A DNA stretch of 64,000 nt, from contig JAHJEV010000003.1 of assembly GCA_018825365.1 (NCBI GenBank), forward strand, positions 317,387 to 381,386, read 5' to 3'. The notes under the pieces are model-generated. The model saw nothing but the letters and a program-made list of their open reading frames with translations, made no database searches and was not told the origin of the DNA. The DNA comes from Patescibacteria group bacterium (GTDB lineage Bacteria > Patescibacteriota > WWE3 > UBA101185 > UBA10185). Below are positions 1 to 12,789 of the stretch, one piece after another (the first letter of the stretch is position 1; every line of letters starts with the position of its first letter). The translations under genes were made by a program, and so were the position numbers.

Positions 1-107
1 TCAGCCAAAACTTTCGTTATAGCCGATGTCAACGTTGTTTTACCATGGTCAACGTGCCCAATAGTACCGATATTTATATGTTCTTTGTTTCTAACGAATT
101 CGGTCAT
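1..107 (-). CDS. tuf: Elongation factor Tu, N-terminal fragment; the gene continues beyond the window start
   Basis: Reverse complement of 1..107 translates to [35 protein letters not shown], the EF-Tu G1 motif. It lies downstream of fusA, the standard str-operon order. Confidence 0.9.
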   Translation of the reverse strand, partial: MTEFVRNKEHINIGTIGHVDHGKTTLTSAITKVLA

Positions 108-328
108 TTTAAACCTTCCTTTCGGTAAAATTAATTACCATTCTGGTAAAATAACTACCCATTCTGTACGTGCTGCGAACTTTCTTACATAAAGAACGCT
201 CGCTCCCGTCCGAAATGGCGTTATCTTAACCTTAAAACATTTACTAAAGCAAGTGATAGTTAACCAAATTAAAGGCCAAAAATCAAGACTTTTCCCTAAA
301 ATTACCAATTTATTTAAAATATGGAAAA

Positions 329-2416
329 TTAACGCCTGATGTTGTTTTTAGCTAATCCCTCGGCGATGCTACCCGGAACCTCCTCATAATGGCTTGGTTC
401 CATGGTAAAAGAGCCTCTTCCTTGAGTCATACCTCTAAGCTCTGTAGCATATCCAAACATCTCAGCTAGTGGCACCTTTGCCTCTATTATTCTGGCGTTT
501 CCTCTTTGTTCGGTTGACTCGATTTTTCCTCTTTTTGATGAGATGTCTCCAATAACATCACCCATGAAATCTTCGGGAACTATTACTTCAACTCGCATGA
601 TAGGTTCAAGAAGGAAAGTACCGGCTTTTTGTTGGCCCTCTCTCATAGCCTCTATTGTTGCCATCTTAAATGCCATTTCAGAAGAGTCAACCTCATGGTA
701 TGATCCGTCAATTAGAGTAACCTGAAAATCAACAAATGGGTATCCTGCAATAATTCCGCTTTCTGCAGCTTCCTTAACTCCTTTTTCAACGGCCGGAACG
801 TATTCCCTTGGAATGGCTCCTCCAACAACCTTATCAACAAATTTAAAGCCCTCTCCTCTTGCAAGAGGTTCAAGTATGATAACAACGTGTCCGTATTGGC
901 CTCTGCCGCCGCTTTGTCTGATATATTTTCCTACGATTTCCGTCTTTCCTCTTATTGTTTCTCTATATGCAACCTGCGGCTTTCCCGTATTTACTTCAAG
1001 ATTAAATTCTCTTTTCATTCTGTCCACAATAATGTCCAAATGAAGCTCTCCCATTCCGTATAAAAGTGTCTGGCCGGTTTCAACATTCGTTTTTATGGCA
1101 AGGGTTGGATCTTCTTCAAGAAATCTTTTTATAACCTGGCCCATTTTATCTCGGTCGGCCTTGGTTTTTGGCTCAACAACAATACCAATTACTGGTTCTG
1201 CAAAGCTGATTTTATCCAAAATCAATTTATTGTCCTCGGAACAAAGTGTGTCCCCGGTTATTGCCTCAAGACCAACACCCGCTGCAATTTCTCCTGCGGA
1301 GACTTCCTTTATTTCTTCTCTATGATTTGCGTGCATCAGAAGAATTCTTCCCAATCTTTCCTTTTTATCTGATGTTGAGTTATGAACGTAAGAGCCTGCG
1401 GAGACTTTTCCGGAGTAGACTCTAAAATAGGTGAGTCTACCAACGTAGGGGTCGGCCTGAATTTTGAAAGCTAAAGCAACAAATGGTCCGTTATCGTCGG
1501 CTTTAAGCAGTACTTCCTCGTCGCTATTTATTTTCATTCCTTCGATATCCGGTTTATCTTTTGGGGAGGGCAGGTAATCAACTACCCCATCAAGCACTTT
1601 CTGAACTCCCTTGTTTGATAAGGATGCCCCACAATATATTGGATATATAGCTACTTTTATTGTAAGTTCCCTTAAACCCTGCTTTATTTCTTCGTTTGTT
1701 AGTTCTTCCCCTGCCAGGTATTTTTCTATTAACTTGTCATCAGCCTCCGCCACTTTTTCAACCATTATAGATCTGTATTTTTGAGCGTCCTCAACTAAAT
1801 CTGCGGGGATCTCAAATTCAACGACCTTTGCCCCACCCTCACCTTCAAACTTGTAGGCCTTCATCGTTATGAGATCGACAACCCCCTCAAATGTGTTCTC
1901 AAAACCTATTGGAATTTGAACCGCAACTCCCTTTTTTGTCAGTTTCTCATCTACAGATTTAACCGACATAAAAAAATCTCCTCCGACCTTGTCTAGTTTG
2001 TTAACAAAAAACAAAAGGGGAACATCATACTTCTGAGCCTGTCTGTAAACAGTTTCCGATTGTGGTTCAACACCTTGGGAGCCATCAAGGACAATCACCC
2101 CTCCATCCAGTACTCTTAGTGATCTTTCAACTTCTGCCGTGAAATCTACGTGTCCCGGGGTATCAATAATATTTATCCTGCAATCTTTCCAAAAACACGT
2201 GGTTGCAGCAGATGTAATGGTAATTCCTCTTTCTCTCTCCTGGGCCATCCAATCCATCTGAGTGTTTCCAAGGTCAATGTCTCCTATTTTGTGGGACTTA
2301 CCTGTATAAAAAAGAATTCTTTCTGTGGTAGTGGTTTTTCCCGCATCAATATGAGCAATAATACCGATGTTTCGGATCTTTTCTAAAGGATACTTTTTGT
2401 TCATAGTTTCAGCCAT
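329..2416 (-). CDS. fusA: Elongation factor G
   Basis: 695 aa with [15 protein letters not shown] and DTPGHVDF GTPase motifs; full-length EF-G architecture; sits between rpsG and tuf. Confidence 0.95.
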   Translation of the reverse strand: MAETMNKKYPLEKIRNIGIIAHIDAGKTTTTERILFYTGKSHKIGDIDLGNTQMDWMAQERERGITITSAATTCFWKDCRINIIDTPGHVDFTAEVERSLRVLDGGVIVLDGSQGVEPQSETVYRQAQKYDVPLLFFVNKLDKVGGDFFMSVKSVDEKLTKKGVAVQIPIGFENTFEGVVDLITMKAYKFEGEGGAKVVEFEIPADLVEDAQKYRSIMVEKVAEADDKLIEKYLAGEELTNEEIKQGLRELTIKVAIYPIYCGASLSNKGVQKVLDGVVDYLPSPKDKPDIEGMKINSDEEVLLKADDNGPFVALAFKIQADPYVGRLTYFRVYSGKVSAGSYVHNSTSDKKERLGRILLMHANHREEIKEVSAGEIAAGVGLEAITGDTLCSEDNKLILDKISFAEPVIGIVVEPKTKADRDKMGQVIKRFLEEDPTLAIKTNVETGQTLLYGMGELHLDIIVDRMKREFNLEVNTGKPQVAYRETIRGKTEIVGKYIRQSGGRGQYGHVVIILEPLARGEGFKFVDKVVGGAIPREYVPAVEKGVKEAAESGIIAGYPFVDFQVTLIDGSYHEVDSSEMAFKMATIEAMREGQQKAGTFLLEPIMRVEVIVPEDFMGDVIGDISSKRGKIESTEQRGNARIIEAKVPLAEMFGYATELRGMTQGRGSFTMEPSHYEEVPGSIAEGLAKNNIRR

Positions 2417-2456
2417 AGCTTTTTATTTTAACCTATTAAAGACGCTTGGGAAATAA

Positions 2457-2924
2457 TTAGAATCTGGCAAAATGCGCAAACGCTCTATTTGCCTCTGCCA
2501 TTCTGTGAGTGTCATCCCTCTTTTTGATTGCGTCTCCGGTGTTATTATAAGAATCCGACATTACCAAATAAAGCTTTTCAACCATCGGTTTACCTTTTTT
2601 GGATCTTGCAGCAGTTATTATCCATCTTGCCGCTAAAGTTTCGGATCTATCATGTTTAAGCGGGATCGGAACTTGATACGTTGCACCACCAACTCTTTTT
2701 GATCTTACTTCTTGCTGGGGCATTACATTTTTGACTGCTTGCTCGAATATTTTTAAGGCCTCTTTCTCATCCTCGTTTAGTTTTTTCAAAACTCCATAAA
2801 CAATATCTCTTGCCGTGCTTTTTTTGCCTCCCATCATAACAGAAACTATCATTTTTGAAACTATTCTTGATTTATAAATTGGATCCGGAGTAGTTATTCT
2901 TTTTTTTGCTTTCTTACCTCTCAT
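2457..2924 (-). CDS. rpsG: 30S ribosomal protein S7
   Basis: 155 aa, typical S7 sequence; positioned between rpsL and fusA. Confidence 0.95.
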   Translation of the reverse strand: MRGKKAKKRITTPDPIYKSRIVSKMIVSVMMGGKKSTARDIVYGVLKKLNEDEKEALKIFEQAVKNVMPQQEVRSKRVGGATYQVPIPLKHDRSETLAARWIITAARSKKGKPMVEKLYLVMSDSYNNTGDAIKKRDDTHRMAEANRAFAHFARF

Positions 2925-2926
2925 AT

Positions 2927-3343
2927 TTATTTCGCCTTAGGCTTTCTTGTGCCATAAATTGATCTTGAGGTTTTTCTGCCTTCAACTCCCGCAAGGTCGT
3001 TGGTGCCTCTCACAATTTCATATTTTATACCCGGCAAATCCTGAACCTTGCCACCCTTAACAAGAACGACTGAGTGCTCCTGAAGGTTATGACCCTCACC
3101 AGGAATATAAGCTGTAACTTCTCTTCGATTGGAAAGCCTTACTCTTGCAACTTTCCTTAATGCTGAATTTGGTTTTTTGGGGGTTTGGGTTTTAACCAAT
3201 AAAACAACTCCCCTCTTTAAGGGACTTGGGTGCTTAACAACAGTCCTTTTCTTGGTGTTAAAGCCTTCTTTAAGAGCCGGTGTTTTTGTTTTTTTTATTT
3301 TCTTTTTTCTGCCTATTCTTAGCAGTTGATTTATAGTCGGCAT
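2927..3343 (-). CDS. rpsL: 30S ribosomal protein S12
   Basis: 138 aa; MPTINQL...KPNSALRK S12 signature. Confidence 0.95.
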   Translation of the reverse strand: MPTINQLLRIGRKKKIKKTKTPALKEGFNTKKRTVVKHPSPLKRGVVLLVKTQTPKKPNSALRKVARVRLSNRREVTAYIPGEGHNLQEHSVVLVKGGKVQDLPGIKYEIVRGTNDLAGVEGRKTSRSIYGTRKPKAK

Positions 3344-3344
3344 A

Positions 3345-6300
3345 TTATTCGATTCTTGCTCTTTCTCCTGTCGGAATGAGCTTTCCGATAATTACATTTT
3401 CTTTTAACCCAACAAGGTAATCTACCTTACCAGAGCAGGCTGCGTCGGTCAACACACTACTCGTGTGTATAAACGAAGCTGCTGACATCCAGCTATCAGT
3501 GTTTAATGCTGCTTTTGTAATACCAAGCATAATAAGTTTGCCTGTTGCCGGGGTTCCGCCGCTGGCTAAGACTCTTTCTGTTTCCTCATCAAATCTGGCC
3601 CTTGTTATTAGTTCTCCAGACATAAATACTGTGTCTCCAGCCTCTTCGATTCTTACATGGTTAAACATCTGCTTAACAACCGTTTCCAAGTGTTTATCAT
3701 TTAGGGCAACTCCCTGAGAGGCGTAAACTCCTTGAACTTCTTCAATAATATACTTTTTGGTCTCATCAACTCCAACAGTTCTGTAAAGGTCACTTAGGTT
3801 TAAGTTTCCACTTGTAAGTTTTTGCCCCCTTCCTACAATCTCTCCGTCTTTGATTAAGATCTCTTCGACCGGATCGATCATGTATTCGACTAATTCTTCG
3901 CTTGAATCCGAAGGTATCACAATTATTTTTCTCTCATCTCCGTTTTTCTCAACCTTAGCGGTTCCCGAAGCTTCACTCATTATTGATAAGAATTTGGGGG
4001 CTCTTGCTTCAACAAGCTCTTCAACTCTTGGAAGTCCTTGGGTGATGTCTTTTCCAGTAATACCGCCTGCATGGAATGTTTTCATTGTTAATTGAGTTCC
4101 CGGTTCACCTATTGATTGAGCTGCCGCGACCCCGACTGCGGTTCCCATTCTGACAAGCTTTCCCGTCATAAGATCAAAGCCGTAGCAAGCCGCACAAATT
4201 CCTCTTCTTGTTTCACAGTGCATAGGGGATCTGATTATTATACTTTTAATTCCAGCTTTTTCTATTTCTGCAACAATACCGTCTGTTAATGTAATTCCTG
4301 CCTTTACAATTACCTTATTACCTGCTTTTACATCTTTGGCCAATAATCTTCCAACTACCCTATCTGCAAATGTTTGAAGGAGTGTTCCTTTTCCAACAAT
4401 CATTTCTCTTCCATCTGTAGTGCCACAATCATCTTCTCTCACTATTACGTCCTGACACACATCAACAAGTCTTCTTGTTAGATAGCCTGCATCAGCAGTC
4501 TTTAAACCCTTGTCAACAAGTCCCTTTCTTGCGCCTCTTGAGCTTACGAAGTACTCAAGTGCAGAAAGTCCCTGTTTGTAATTACCAAAGATTGGAATTT
4601 CAACTGTTTTACCTGTAGGATCAACAACAAGTCCCTTCATACCTGCAAGCTGTTTGACTTGATCCCTGGATGCCTTAGTAGAGCCTGACTTAACAAGAAT
4701 TTTAACCGGGTTGTCATCCCTCAAATTCTCCCAAACAGCCGAGTCTAAATCTGCAGTAACTTTATTCCAAACATCTTCCTTTTGCTTTCTAGCCTCTGCT
4801 TTTGTTATAAGTCCTCTTTTGAAATAATTGTCTATTTCAATTACGGATTTTTTACCTTCCTCTAAAATCTTGTTTCTGTTTTCCGGGATAGCAATATCCG
4901 CAAGTGATACCGATTGACCACATATAGTTCCGTACTTAAGTCCGATATCCTTAATATCATCAATTAATTTAACCGCAACTTCGTTGGGATCTTCCTTAAG
5001 AACTTTGGTCATAAGAATATTGACTCTCTTTTTATCCATTGCTTCGTTTATAAACCAGTATTTTTCCGGGACAACTTTATTGAAAATCACCCTTCCGGGA
5101 GTCGTATCAAATATCTGTCCGCTGAGTCTGACTTTTGCTAACTGTCTCAAGTCAATTTCATTGTTTATTTCCATTGCGTACATCATTTCAGTCTCATCTG
5201 CGTATACCTTGTCCAATACCGGAAGGGATTCATCGATGGAAGTTATGTAATAAACACCAAATAACATTATTTTTGATGGAATAGATATAGGTGTTCCGCT
5301 TGAAGGACTTAATAAGTTCACTGAAGAAATCATTAAATCTTTTGCCTCCTGAATCGAATCCTTTGAAAGAGGAACATGTACAGCCATCTGATCCCCATCA
5401 AAGTCTGCATTGAAACCTGTGCACACGCAAAGATGAAGTTTGATAGCATTCCCTTCAACAAGTCGTGGGTAAAATGCCTGAATTCCAAGTCTCCAAAGTG
5501 TAGGAGCCCTATTTAATAGTACGGGGTAACCCTTAACAACCTCTTCAAGAATATCCCATACTTCCGGAACTCTTGTCTCAAGATAGAATTTAGCGCTTTT
5601 TACGTTCGGAGCATAACCCCTTCCTAATATTTCTCTTAAAACCATCGGTTTAAATAATTCCAAGGCCATCTCCTTTGGAATACCACATTCATTGAGTTTA
5701 AGCTCCGGTCCATTGATGATAACACCCCTACCTGAGTAGTCGACTCTTTTTCCAAGAAGGTTAAGTCTAAATATTCCCTGCTTGCCCTTTATCATATCGG
5801 CTAAGGATCTTAACTCTTTACCTCTTGTTGTAGTTCTTGCCTTCTTTCTTCTTTTTGAAGAGTCAAACAGTGCATCAACTGATTCTTGAAGCATTCTTTT
5901 TTCGTTTCTTACAATAATTTCAGGAGCCCCCAAGTCCAAAAGTCTTTTAAGTCTGTTGTTTCTGTTTATAAGTCTTCTGTAAAGATCGTTTAGATCTGAT
6001 GTTGCAAACCTACCGCCGTCAAGTTGCACCATGGGCCTAAGATCCGGCGGAATTACGGGAATCACATCCATTATCATCCTGTCTGGTCCGATATTTGCTC
6101 TTCTGAATTGGTCAACAACAATAAATCTTTTAGCAATTTTCTGTGCTTTTTGACCTTTTGCTTTTTCCAGATCAGTTCTCAATTGTTCTGCAAGAACATT
6201 TAGATTCAATCTGCTAAGTATCCCCTTGAAAGCGTCGGCTCCGATTTCAAGTTTGCAGAATTTTTCAAGGTAAGAGATAAGCGAGATGTATTCGTTTTCA

Positions 6301-7013
6301 GAAATTACTGAATAAATTCCTACACTTTCGACTTTCTTTTGAATAAGTTTAAATTTCTTTTCCTGCTCTTCTAATTTTTTATCATAAGCCGTTTTTACTT
6401 TTTGAATTTTTTGTCTTACCTTTAATTCTTCCTCTTTGGATCTCATCTCATCTTTTATTTTTGAGGTACCGACAAGCTCCTTTTCTACAATCTTCATTTC
6501 CCCGTCAAGTTCTTTCTGAAGAGATGCTTTGGTAATTTCCAAATCCTTTCCAACCTGAGAAATTGCCTTTGCTTTGTTTTTGTCATCTATTTCGGTAACA
6601 ATGAAAGAGGCAAAGTATACAACTGATTCAACGTTTCTTGGCGTCAAATCAAGTAAAAGTGCCATCTTTGATGGAATTCCTTTAAAAAACCAAACGTGTG
6701 CGACCGGGGAGGCTAGTTTCAAATGCCCCATTCTTTCTCTTCTCACCCTATTGTGTGTAACTTCAACACCACACTTATCACAGACTACATTTTTGTATCT
6801 AATACCTTTGTATTTTCCGCAGTAACACTCGTAGTTTTTGGAGGGCCCAAATATCCTTTCGTCAAATAAACCATCTCTTTCAGCTTTAAAAGTTCTGTAG
6901 TTTATGGTCTCCGGCTTTGTAACTTCTCCATAAGACCAACCTAATATTTCCTCGCCGGAAGCAAGGTAAACTCTTAATGCATCGAAGTCTTTTAATTTGC
7001 TTATATCTCTCAT
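3345..7013 (-). CDS. rpoC: DNA-directed RNA polymerase subunit beta'
   Basis: 1222 aa; zinc-binding CxxC..CxxC near the N-terminus and the NADFDGD catalytic motif ([13 protein letters not shown]). Confidence 0.95.
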   Translation of the reverse strand: MRDISKLKDFDALRVYLASGEEILGWSYGEVTKPETINYRTFKAERDGLFDERIFGPSKNYECYCGKYKGIRYKNVVCDKCGVEVTHNRVRRERMGHLKLASPVAHVWFFKGIPSKMALLLDLTPRNVESVVYFASFIVTEIDDKNKAKAISQVGKDLEITKASLQKELDGEMKIVEKELVGTSKIKDEMRSKEEELKVRQKIQKVKTAYDKKLEEQEKKFKLIQKKVESVGIYSVISENEYISLISYLEKFCKLEIGADAFKGILSRLNLNVLAEQLRTDLEKAKGQKAQKIAKRFIVVDQFRRANIGPDRMIMDVIPVIPPDLRPMVQLDGGRFATSDLNDLYRRLINRNNRLKRLLDLGAPEIIVRNEKRMLQESVDALFDSSKRRKKARTTTRGKELRSLADMIKGKQGIFRLNLLGKRVDYSGRGVIINGPELKLNECGIPKEMALELFKPMVLREILGRGYAPNVKSAKFYLETRVPEVWDILEEVVKGYPVLLNRAPTLWRLGIQAFYPRLVEGNAIKLHLCVCTGFNADFDGDQMAVHVPLSKDSIQEAKDLMISSVNLLSPSSGTPISIPSKIMLFGVYYITSIDESLPVLDKVYADETEMMYAMEINNEIDLRQLAKVRLSGQIFDTTPGRVIFNKVVPEKYWFINEAMDKKRVNILMTKVLKEDPNEVAVKLIDDIKDIGLKYGTICGQSVSLADIAIPENRNKILEEGKKSVIEIDNYFKRGLITKAEARKQKEDVWNKVTADLDSAVWENLRDDNPVKILVKSGSTKASRDQVKQLAGMKGLVVDPTGKTVEIPIFGNYKQGLSALEYFVSSRGARKGLVDKGLKTADAGYLTRRLVDVCQDVIVREDDCGTTDGREMIVGKGTLLQTFADRVVGRLLAKDVKAGNKVIVKAGITLTDGIVAEIEKAGIKSIIIRSPMHCETRRGICAACYGFDLMTGKLVRMGTAVGVAAAQSIGEPGTQLTMKTFHAGGITGKDITQGLPRVEELVEARAPKFLSIMSEASGTAKVEKNGDERKIIVIPSDSSEELVEYMIDPVEEILIKDGEIVGRGQKLTSGNLNLSDLYRTVGVDETKKYIIEEVQGVYASQGVALNDKHLETVVKQMFNHVRIEEAGDTVFMSGELITRARFDEETERVLASGGTPATGKLIMLGITKAALNTDSWMSAASFIHTSSVLTDAACSGKVDYLVGLKENVIIGKLIPTGERARIE

Positions 7014-7016
7014 AAT

Positions 7017-10000
7017 TTATTCCTTAGAACGTTCAGCTTCGGAAATTTCTACGCCAGCTTTCTTAAGATCCTTCTCTTCCAAAACAGCTTCTTGAGGTAA
7101 ATCTTTGGAGCTTATCTTGTTAGTTTTCTCTGGTTCTAAACCTTCTTCTGCTGCTGTTTCGGTTTCTTTTTCTTCTTCATGAACTTCTGTTGAATAAGCC
7201 TCAAGTCCCAATCCCAAACCGTTAAGTTTTCTCACAAGAAGCTTAAATGTTTCAGGCACTGTTGGTTCCGGAATCTGGTTTCCTTGAATTAGAGCACTAA
7301 AGGACTGAACTCTGCCCAACATATCGTCTGATTTTATAGTTAACATTTCCTGAAGCATGTGAGCAGCCCCATATGCCTCTAAAGCCCAAACTTCCATTTC
7401 CCCAAATCTCTGACCACCGAATTGAGCTTTTCCTCCAAGTGGTTGCTGCGTAATCAAAGAGTAAGATCCTGTTGATCTTGCGTGCATTTTGTCCTCTGAC
7501 ATGTGAACTAGTTTCAAAATATAGGCATCTCCTACAACAATCTCGTTGTGGTAAGCCTCCCCTGTTCTTCCGTCTATTAATTTCATTTTTCCCGTCACGG
7601 GATAACCAGCTTTCCTAAATTCTTCTGCTATTTTAGCTTCGGGTATTCTTTGAAGGGATGGGATTTCGTAAAATTTTCCAAGTTTTCTACCTGCAGATCC
7701 AAGCGAAGCTTCCAAAATCTGGCCAACGTTCATTCTTTTCAAAACAGCCTCTGAGGAGAATATAATATCTACATACGAACCGTCTGGTAGTACCGGCATA
7801 TCGATTGACGGAATGACTGCTGATATAACACCTTTGTTACCGTGTCTTCCGGCAAGCTTGTCCCCTATTTCAATCTTTTTCTGTTGAGCTACATAAACTG
7901 TTATTTCTTCTATTGTTCCCGCGGGCAAGTGTTCGTTTTCTTTCTTAGCTACTCTTTTTATTCCTATAACAACCCCGTGCTCACCGTGGGGCATTCTAAG
8001 AGACGTATCTCTGACATCTTTTGCTTTTTCACCGAAGATTGCCCTTAAAAGTCTTTCTTCAGCTGTAAGGTCGACTTCTCCTTTCGGAGCAACTTTTCCG
8101 ACCAAAACATCTCCTGATTTTACCTTGGACCCTATTGCTACAATCCCACTTTCGTCAAGATTCTTCAAAGTTTCTTCGGACACGTTGGGTATGTCCCTGG
8201 TTATTTCTTCCGAACCTAGTTTTGTTTCCTGAATCTGGGTTACGTGATCTGATATATGAATGGAGGTTAAAACGTCCTCTTTAACGAGTCTGTCGGAAAT
8301 GATTACACCATCTTCAAACTCAAGTCCTCTATATATCATGTAGGCAACCTTGATATTAGTACCTATTGCTATTTCTCCATTATCGATGGATGGCCCCTCA
8401 ATGAGGGTTTCACCTTTTTTGACTTTCTGTCCTGAGACTACTCTTACATATTGGTTGTAGCAGGTTTCACTGTTTGTTTGTAAAAATTTCTTTGCCTTAT
8501 ATTCTGTTTTCCTATTTTTTCCGTTGTATTTAACAACAACTTTATCTGCGTCTGCATACTCAATAGTGCCGTTGTCTTCTGCCGTTGTTAGGGCGTTTGT
8601 GTTTCTTGCGACTTCCTCCTCAATACCCGTTCCAACTATCGGTCTTTGGGGTCTAATAAGAGGAACTGCTTGGGACATTTGCTGAGTTCCCATAGTTATA
8701 CGGACAACATCATTGTTTTGAACAAAAGGAACAAGACCTGCAACGACGCCTAAAACCTGAGCCGGAACCACCTCGATATACTCAGCTAAAGCAACGTCGC
8801 CTAATATAAATTCCCCGCCTTTTCTCAGAGGTACCTGAGAATCAAGAATGTACCCGTTATCGTCTGTTTCCACAGACTGGTCAGTGATATAGACTTTCTC
8901 TTCGTCGTAAGCTGCAAGGTAAATCACATCGTCCGTTATTCTTACTTTCCCTTTAGAATCTTTTTCAAGTCTGACATAAGGCGTCTCCAAAAATCCATAC
9001 TCATTTACTCTTGCATACATGGACATATAATTGATAAGTCCGACATTTGGACCTTCAGGAGTTCTGACCGGGCAAATTCTTCCAAAATATGAGTTATGCA
9101 CGTCTCTTACTGAGAAGCTTGCTCTTTCTTTTGTAAGCCCGCCCGGACCCATAACTGAAAGTCGTCTTAAGTGATCAAGAGCAGTTAATGGATTTTGCTG
9201 GTCATGAAGCTGGGAAAGCTGTCCCGTTGCAAAAAATGAGTGAACAGCTGCGGCAATTGCTCTTGGTGAGATTAATGTTGATGGTACTGGTAATGTTTCT
9301 CTTGGTGCTAAACTCATTCTTTCTTTTATGTTTTTTTCCATTCTTAAAAATCCCACTCTCATTTGCCATTGCAGCAACTCACCCATACTTTTAACTCTTC
9401 TGTTGCCCAAAAAATCAACATCGCTTGGATAAGCAACTCCATTATTAAGTTCAATTATTCTTGAAAATATCTTTATTAAATCCTGAAGCTGTAAAAGTCT
9501 GTGCTGAGGATCATTAGGAAAGTCTAAACCTAAAACTTGATTTAATTTAAATCTTCCTACCGCTCCTAAGCTGTACCTTCTCCTATTAAAAAACATTGCA
9601 TGAACCAAAGCTTTTGCATTTTCCAATATCAAAGGCTCGCCCGGTCTCATTTTTTTGTAGACCTCAAGACAGGCTTCTTCAAAACTTGCTGCCGGATCTT
9701 TTGCCAATGTTGACTCTGTATAGTTAATTTCTGGGTTTGTCTCAACACCCTCAAATGCTTTTCTGATATCATCGTCTGTTTCTAAGCCGAATATTCTCAA
9801 CAGAGTTGTTGCGGATATTTTTCTTTTTCTATCAATTCTTAAAGTAATGACTCCCGTTCTTGATGTTTCAAATTCAAGCCAGACACCGCTTCTTGGAAGT
9901 ACTTTAGCACCTCCAAGGAATTGTCCTGTAACAGGAGAATTTTCACCGCCAAATAAAACTCCTTCCGATCTTATAAGCTGGGAAATGATTATTCTGTCAA

Positions 10001-10355
10001 CACCGTTAATAATAAAGGTTCCCTGTTGAGTCATAAGTGGGATGTCACCCATGTATATTTCTTGGGATTTTTCTTTTTTAGCAATTGGATCTCTGATTGT
10101 TGCTTCAACATACCAAGGAGCATTATAAGTTCTTCCTGTTCTCATTGCTTCCTCGATGGTAATGTTTTCCCTCTCTACTCTTGGTTTTGAAAGTGTTAGT
10201 ACCCAGCCTCTTCCGGACGTGTCCTCAATTGTTCCCAATTCATCAAGGATTTCTTTTAGACCGTCCTTTTTGAGCCAGTCGAATGATTCAAGCTGGACAC
10301 CAACAAGATTAGGTAGGGGTAGGGCTATTTTACGTTTTAAAAAGGTCTCACGCAT
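7017..10355 (-). CDS. rpoB: DNA-directed RNA polymerase subunit beta
   Basis: 1112 aa; conserved beta-subunit blocks ([15 protein letters not shown] etc.); acidic C-terminal tail. Confidence 0.95.
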   Translation of the reverse strand: MRETFLKRKIALPLPNLVGVQLESFDWLKKDGLKEILDELGTIEDTSGRGWVLTLSKPRVERENITIEEAMRTGRTYNAPWYVEATIRDPIAKKEKSQEIYMGDIPLMTQQGTFIINGVDRIIISQLIRSEGVLFGGENSPVTGQFLGGAKVLPRSGVWLEFETSRTGVITLRIDRKRKISATTLLRIFGLETDDDIRKAFEGVETNPEINYTESTLAKDPAASFEEACLEVYKKMRPGEPLILENAKALVHAMFFNRRRYSLGAVGRFKLNQVLGLDFPNDPQHRLLQLQDLIKIFSRIIELNNGVAYPSDVDFLGNRRVKSMGELLQWQMRVGFLRMEKNIKERMSLAPRETLPVPSTLISPRAIAAAVHSFFATGQLSQLHDQQNPLTALDHLRRLSVMGPGGLTKERASFSVRDVHNSYFGRICPVRTPEGPNVGLINYMSMYARVNEYGFLETPYVRLEKDSKGKVRITDDVIYLAAYDEEKVYITDQSVETDDNGYILDSQVPLRKGGEFILGDVALAEYIEVVPAQVLGVVAGLVPFVQNNDVVRITMGTQQMSQAVPLIRPQRPIVGTGIEEEVARNTNALTTAEDNGTIEYADADKVVVKYNGKNRKTEYKAKKFLQTNSETCYNQYVRVVSGQKVKKGETLIEGPSIDNGEIAIGTNIKVAYMIYRGLEFEDGVIISDRLVKEDVLTSIHISDHVTQIQETKLGSEEITRDIPNVSEETLKNLDESGIVAIGSKVKSGDVLVGKVAPKGEVDLTAEERLLRAIFGEKAKDVRDTSLRMPHGEHGVVIGIKRVAKKENEHLPAGTIEEITVYVAQQKKIEIGDKLAGRHGNKGVISAVIPSIDMPVLPDGSYVDIIFSSEAVLKRMNVGQILEASLGSAGRKLGKFYEIPSLQRIPEAKIAEEFRKAGYPVTGKMKLIDGRTGEAYHNEIVVGDAYILKLVHMSEDKMHARSTGSYSLITQQPLGGKAQFGGQRFGEMEVWALEAYGAAHMLQEMLTIKSDDMLGRVQSFSALIQGNQIPEPTVPETFKLLVRKLNGLGLGLEAYSTEVHEEEKETETAAEEGLEPEKTNKISSKDLPQEAVLEEKDLKKAGVEISEAERSKE

Positions 10356-10583
10356 TAATATTTTTTAAAAAGACTGATAAAGAATTTTACTACAAAATAT
10401 TCAGTTGTGTAATAGCCAAACTTCCCTCTTGAAAAAAGGTCCCCACAAATAAGGGTTAACTAAGCTTTGATTGAAATAAACAAGTTTGGGACAGAGCGAA
10501 AGCTAACACAAATACAAGGCCGTGTCAACACGTTTATAGTCCACTATCTCATTGGGGAAAACGCTGGTACTTTTTAACCTATT

Positions 10584-11129
10584 CTAATTTATAAAACCTA
10601 TCTTGTTTAAAGGCCAAAATCTAAATATCACACGACCTATAATTCTATTTTTATCAACAAGTCCTATGTACCTGGAATCCAAAGATTCCCCGCGGTTGTC
10701 ACCCAAAAAGGCATATTGCTGCGGTCCAAGTCTTAGTGCCCTACCCTCTTTTATTGCACTTCCCCCCACCGTGCATGTATCCTTATCAAGATATTCCTCT
10801 TCTAACTGGTATTTTTGGCCATCTTTTGAGACCACAACCCCACAATCGATTATTTTAAATATATCCCCAGGAATACCAATAACTCTTTTTATGAAATGCC
10901 TTTCGTTATCTCCCGGGGAAAGAAACACCACAATCTCCCCTCTTTTTAGCGGAATAAATATTCCGCTAATTCTATCCACAAGAATTCTTTCCCCAGAATG
11001 AAAAGAAGGTTCCATACTTGGCCCCCAAACTATTTCCACAGACGCAACAAAAAGGTACAATGCCAACACAATTACCATTGAGGATATGAGGGCTTCCGAA
11101 AGTTCTAAAATTAATTCTTTAAACTTCAT
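10584..11129 (-). CDS. lepB: Signal peptidase I
   Basis: 181 aa; N-terminal TM; SMEPSF catalytic-Ser box and GDNRGESLDSR box typical of the S26 family. Confidence 0.8.
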   Translation of the reverse strand: MKFKELILELSEALISSMVIVLALYLFVASVEIVWGPSMEPSFHSGERILVDRISGIFIPLKRGEIVVFLSPGDNERHFIKRVIGIPGDIFKIIDCGVVVSKDGQKYQLEEEYLDKDTCTVGGSAIKEGRALRLGPQQYAFLGDNRGESLDSRYIGLVDKNRIIGRVIFRFWPLNKIGFIN

Positions 11130-11157
11130 GACTGTAATATAATATCAGCATACATAG

Positions 11158-12789
11158 ATGAACGGAAATAGATCAAAGAAACAAGTAAATACAGAAAATA
11201 TCATAAAGGGAGACGCCCCAGAAGCTTATGGAATAAAAGAGATATGGGAGTTTATTAGATCAAATTTTGTTATTCTTTTTATCTTGGGAGGTTTAATCTT
11301 TCTTATTTATGCACCTCTAATAAACGGCCAGTTCCTAAATCTTGATGACCAAAACGGTCTCGTCTTGAATAAGCCACTTTATTCGTTAACCGAAACTTTA
11401 AAATTTCTGGATGCTCCAGCAATAGCAACCTCGATAATAGTACATCTGTTCGGTATGAATTCTACTGCTTTGCATGTTTTCTCCATACTCCTACACATTA
11501 TCTGCACTACTTTGGTTTTTATCTTAACTTACCTGCTATTTGGAAAAAAAGTATCACTAATAGCGGCATTTCTTTTTGCGACGCAACCTGTAAATACTGA
11601 GGCTATTGGATGGTTATCCGGAATGGGGTATCCATTTAAAACAGTGGCAATTTTACTTATGTTAATATTTTACGTTTTATTCAGAAAAAATAAAAAAATA
11701 TGGTATTTAATTGTTTCCTCAATCGTTTACTTGGCAAGCCAAATCACCGTCAGGGGAGGGGGTTGGATGTTTATTGCCCCTTTTCTTTTGGTAATTGTTG
11801 ATCAGTTTTTAATAGAGAAAAAAATAGAATTTAAAAACATTAAGTACTACACACCCTATATAGTTATATCTCTAATATTTGTGGTGATGCTTGTACCTGG
11901 GCTTTTCAAACAAAGAATCATAGATTTGAATACCTTATACTATGTCGACACAGAATCCGCCACACCTTTGATAAATAGAATCCCATATACAACCTACATG
12001 GCCTATAAACTTATCGCGTTCCCACTTACTCTTACTGTCTATCATGAGGGTGAAATTATAACAGGCGCCGGCTATGCCTTTATGATAGCCGTGACCGTTG
12101 CTATTATTTTTGGAATAGCATACCTTTGGAAAAAAGACAGAGTGATTGCAGGACTTCTGCTCACTATTCCTTTCTCTATTCTTCCATCGTATAGCCCCGT
12201 AATTATCGCCTGGACGGCAGCGGAAAGATATCTCTATATAGGATCAGCTTTTTTCTCAATGGGTTTGGCAATACTAATCTTAAGAATTGAGGAAAAAAAG
12301 AAGTGGAAGCAATTCGCAACTGTAGTAACCATAGTTTTGTGTCTTTTATACTCCATAAGAACATTCACAAGAAGTTTTGACTTCAAAAATAGCAAAAATC
12401 TGTGGCTTGCAACCAAAAAAGTCTCTCCCTACAGCTACCGAGTGTATAACAACCTGGGAGACGTTTACTCAAACGAAGGAGATTATGAACTTGCTATCGA
12501 AGCATTTAAAAGATCTGTAGCTTTAAAACCTGATTATGCAGACGCTGTCCACAATATCGGCTTTACGTATCTTCAAATAGGCGATGTTGCTAAAGCAAAA
12601 AAATATCTCCAACAATCGATAGATATAAACCCAAGGTTGCATCAATCTTGGTACAAGATGGCAAGAATATTCATGGCTGAAAAAAATTACCAAGAAGCAC
12701 AAAAATACATATCGAAAGCTTTCGAACTAAATCCTAAGGATGAAGCAGTTCAACAAGTGATGACAGAACTTAAGACTCTAGGATACTAA
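11158..12789 (+). CDS. Polytopic membrane protein with C-terminal TPR repeats, possibly a PMT/ArnT-like glycosyltransferase-fold protein
   Basis: 543 aa; many predicted TM helices over the first ~400 aa; C-terminal TPR-like repeats (YNNLGDVYSNEGDYELAIEAFKRSVALKPDYADAVHNIGFTY...). Confidence 0.55.
   Translation: MNGNRSKKQVNTENIIKGDAPEAYGIKEIWEFIRSNFVILFILGGLIFLIYAPLINGQFLNLDDQNGLVLNKPLYSLTETLKFLDAPAIATSIIVHLFGMNSTALHVFSILLHIICTTLVFILTYLLFGKKVSLIAAFLFATQPVNTEAIGWLSGMGYPFKTVAILLMLIFYVLFRKNKKIWYLIVSSIVYLASQITVRGGGWMFIAPFLLVIVDQFLIEKKIEFKNIKYYTPYIVISLIFVVMLVPGLFKQRIIDLNTLYYVDTESATPLINRIPYTTYMAYKLIAFPLTLTVYHEGEIITGAGYAFMIAVTVAIIFGIAYLWKKDRVIAGLLLTIPFSILPSYSPVIIAWTAAERYLYIGSAFFSMGLAILILRIEEKKKWKQFATVVTIVLCLLYSIRTFTRSFDFKNSKNLWLATKKVSPYSYRVYNNLGDVYSNEGDYELAIEAFKRSVALKPDYADAVHNIGFTYLQIGDVAKAKKYLQQSIDINPRLHQSWYKMARIFMAEKNYQEAQKYISKAFELNPKDEAVQQVMTELKTLGY

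Noticed and set aside
107-328. Short direct repeat taccattctggtaaaata / tacccattctgtacg in the fusA-tuf intergenic region, considered as a possible regulatory repeat or small RNA
   Set aside because: Only ~12-14 nt of imperfect similarity in an AT-rich spacer; no flanking structure or conservation could be assessed; below the threshold for a call.
10356-10583. tRNA, rRNA or other structured RNA genes in the larger intergenic spacers (10356..10583, 19831..20040, 36428..36557, 47567..47752, 49378..49470, 52656..52996)
   Set aside because: No cloverleaf-compatible GC-rich ~75-nt segments, no rRNA-like conserved blocks and no RNase P/tmRNA/SRP signature strings were recognised by eye; these look like promoter/leader regions. 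A covariance-model scan would be needed to exclude small RNAs, especially in 52656..52996.
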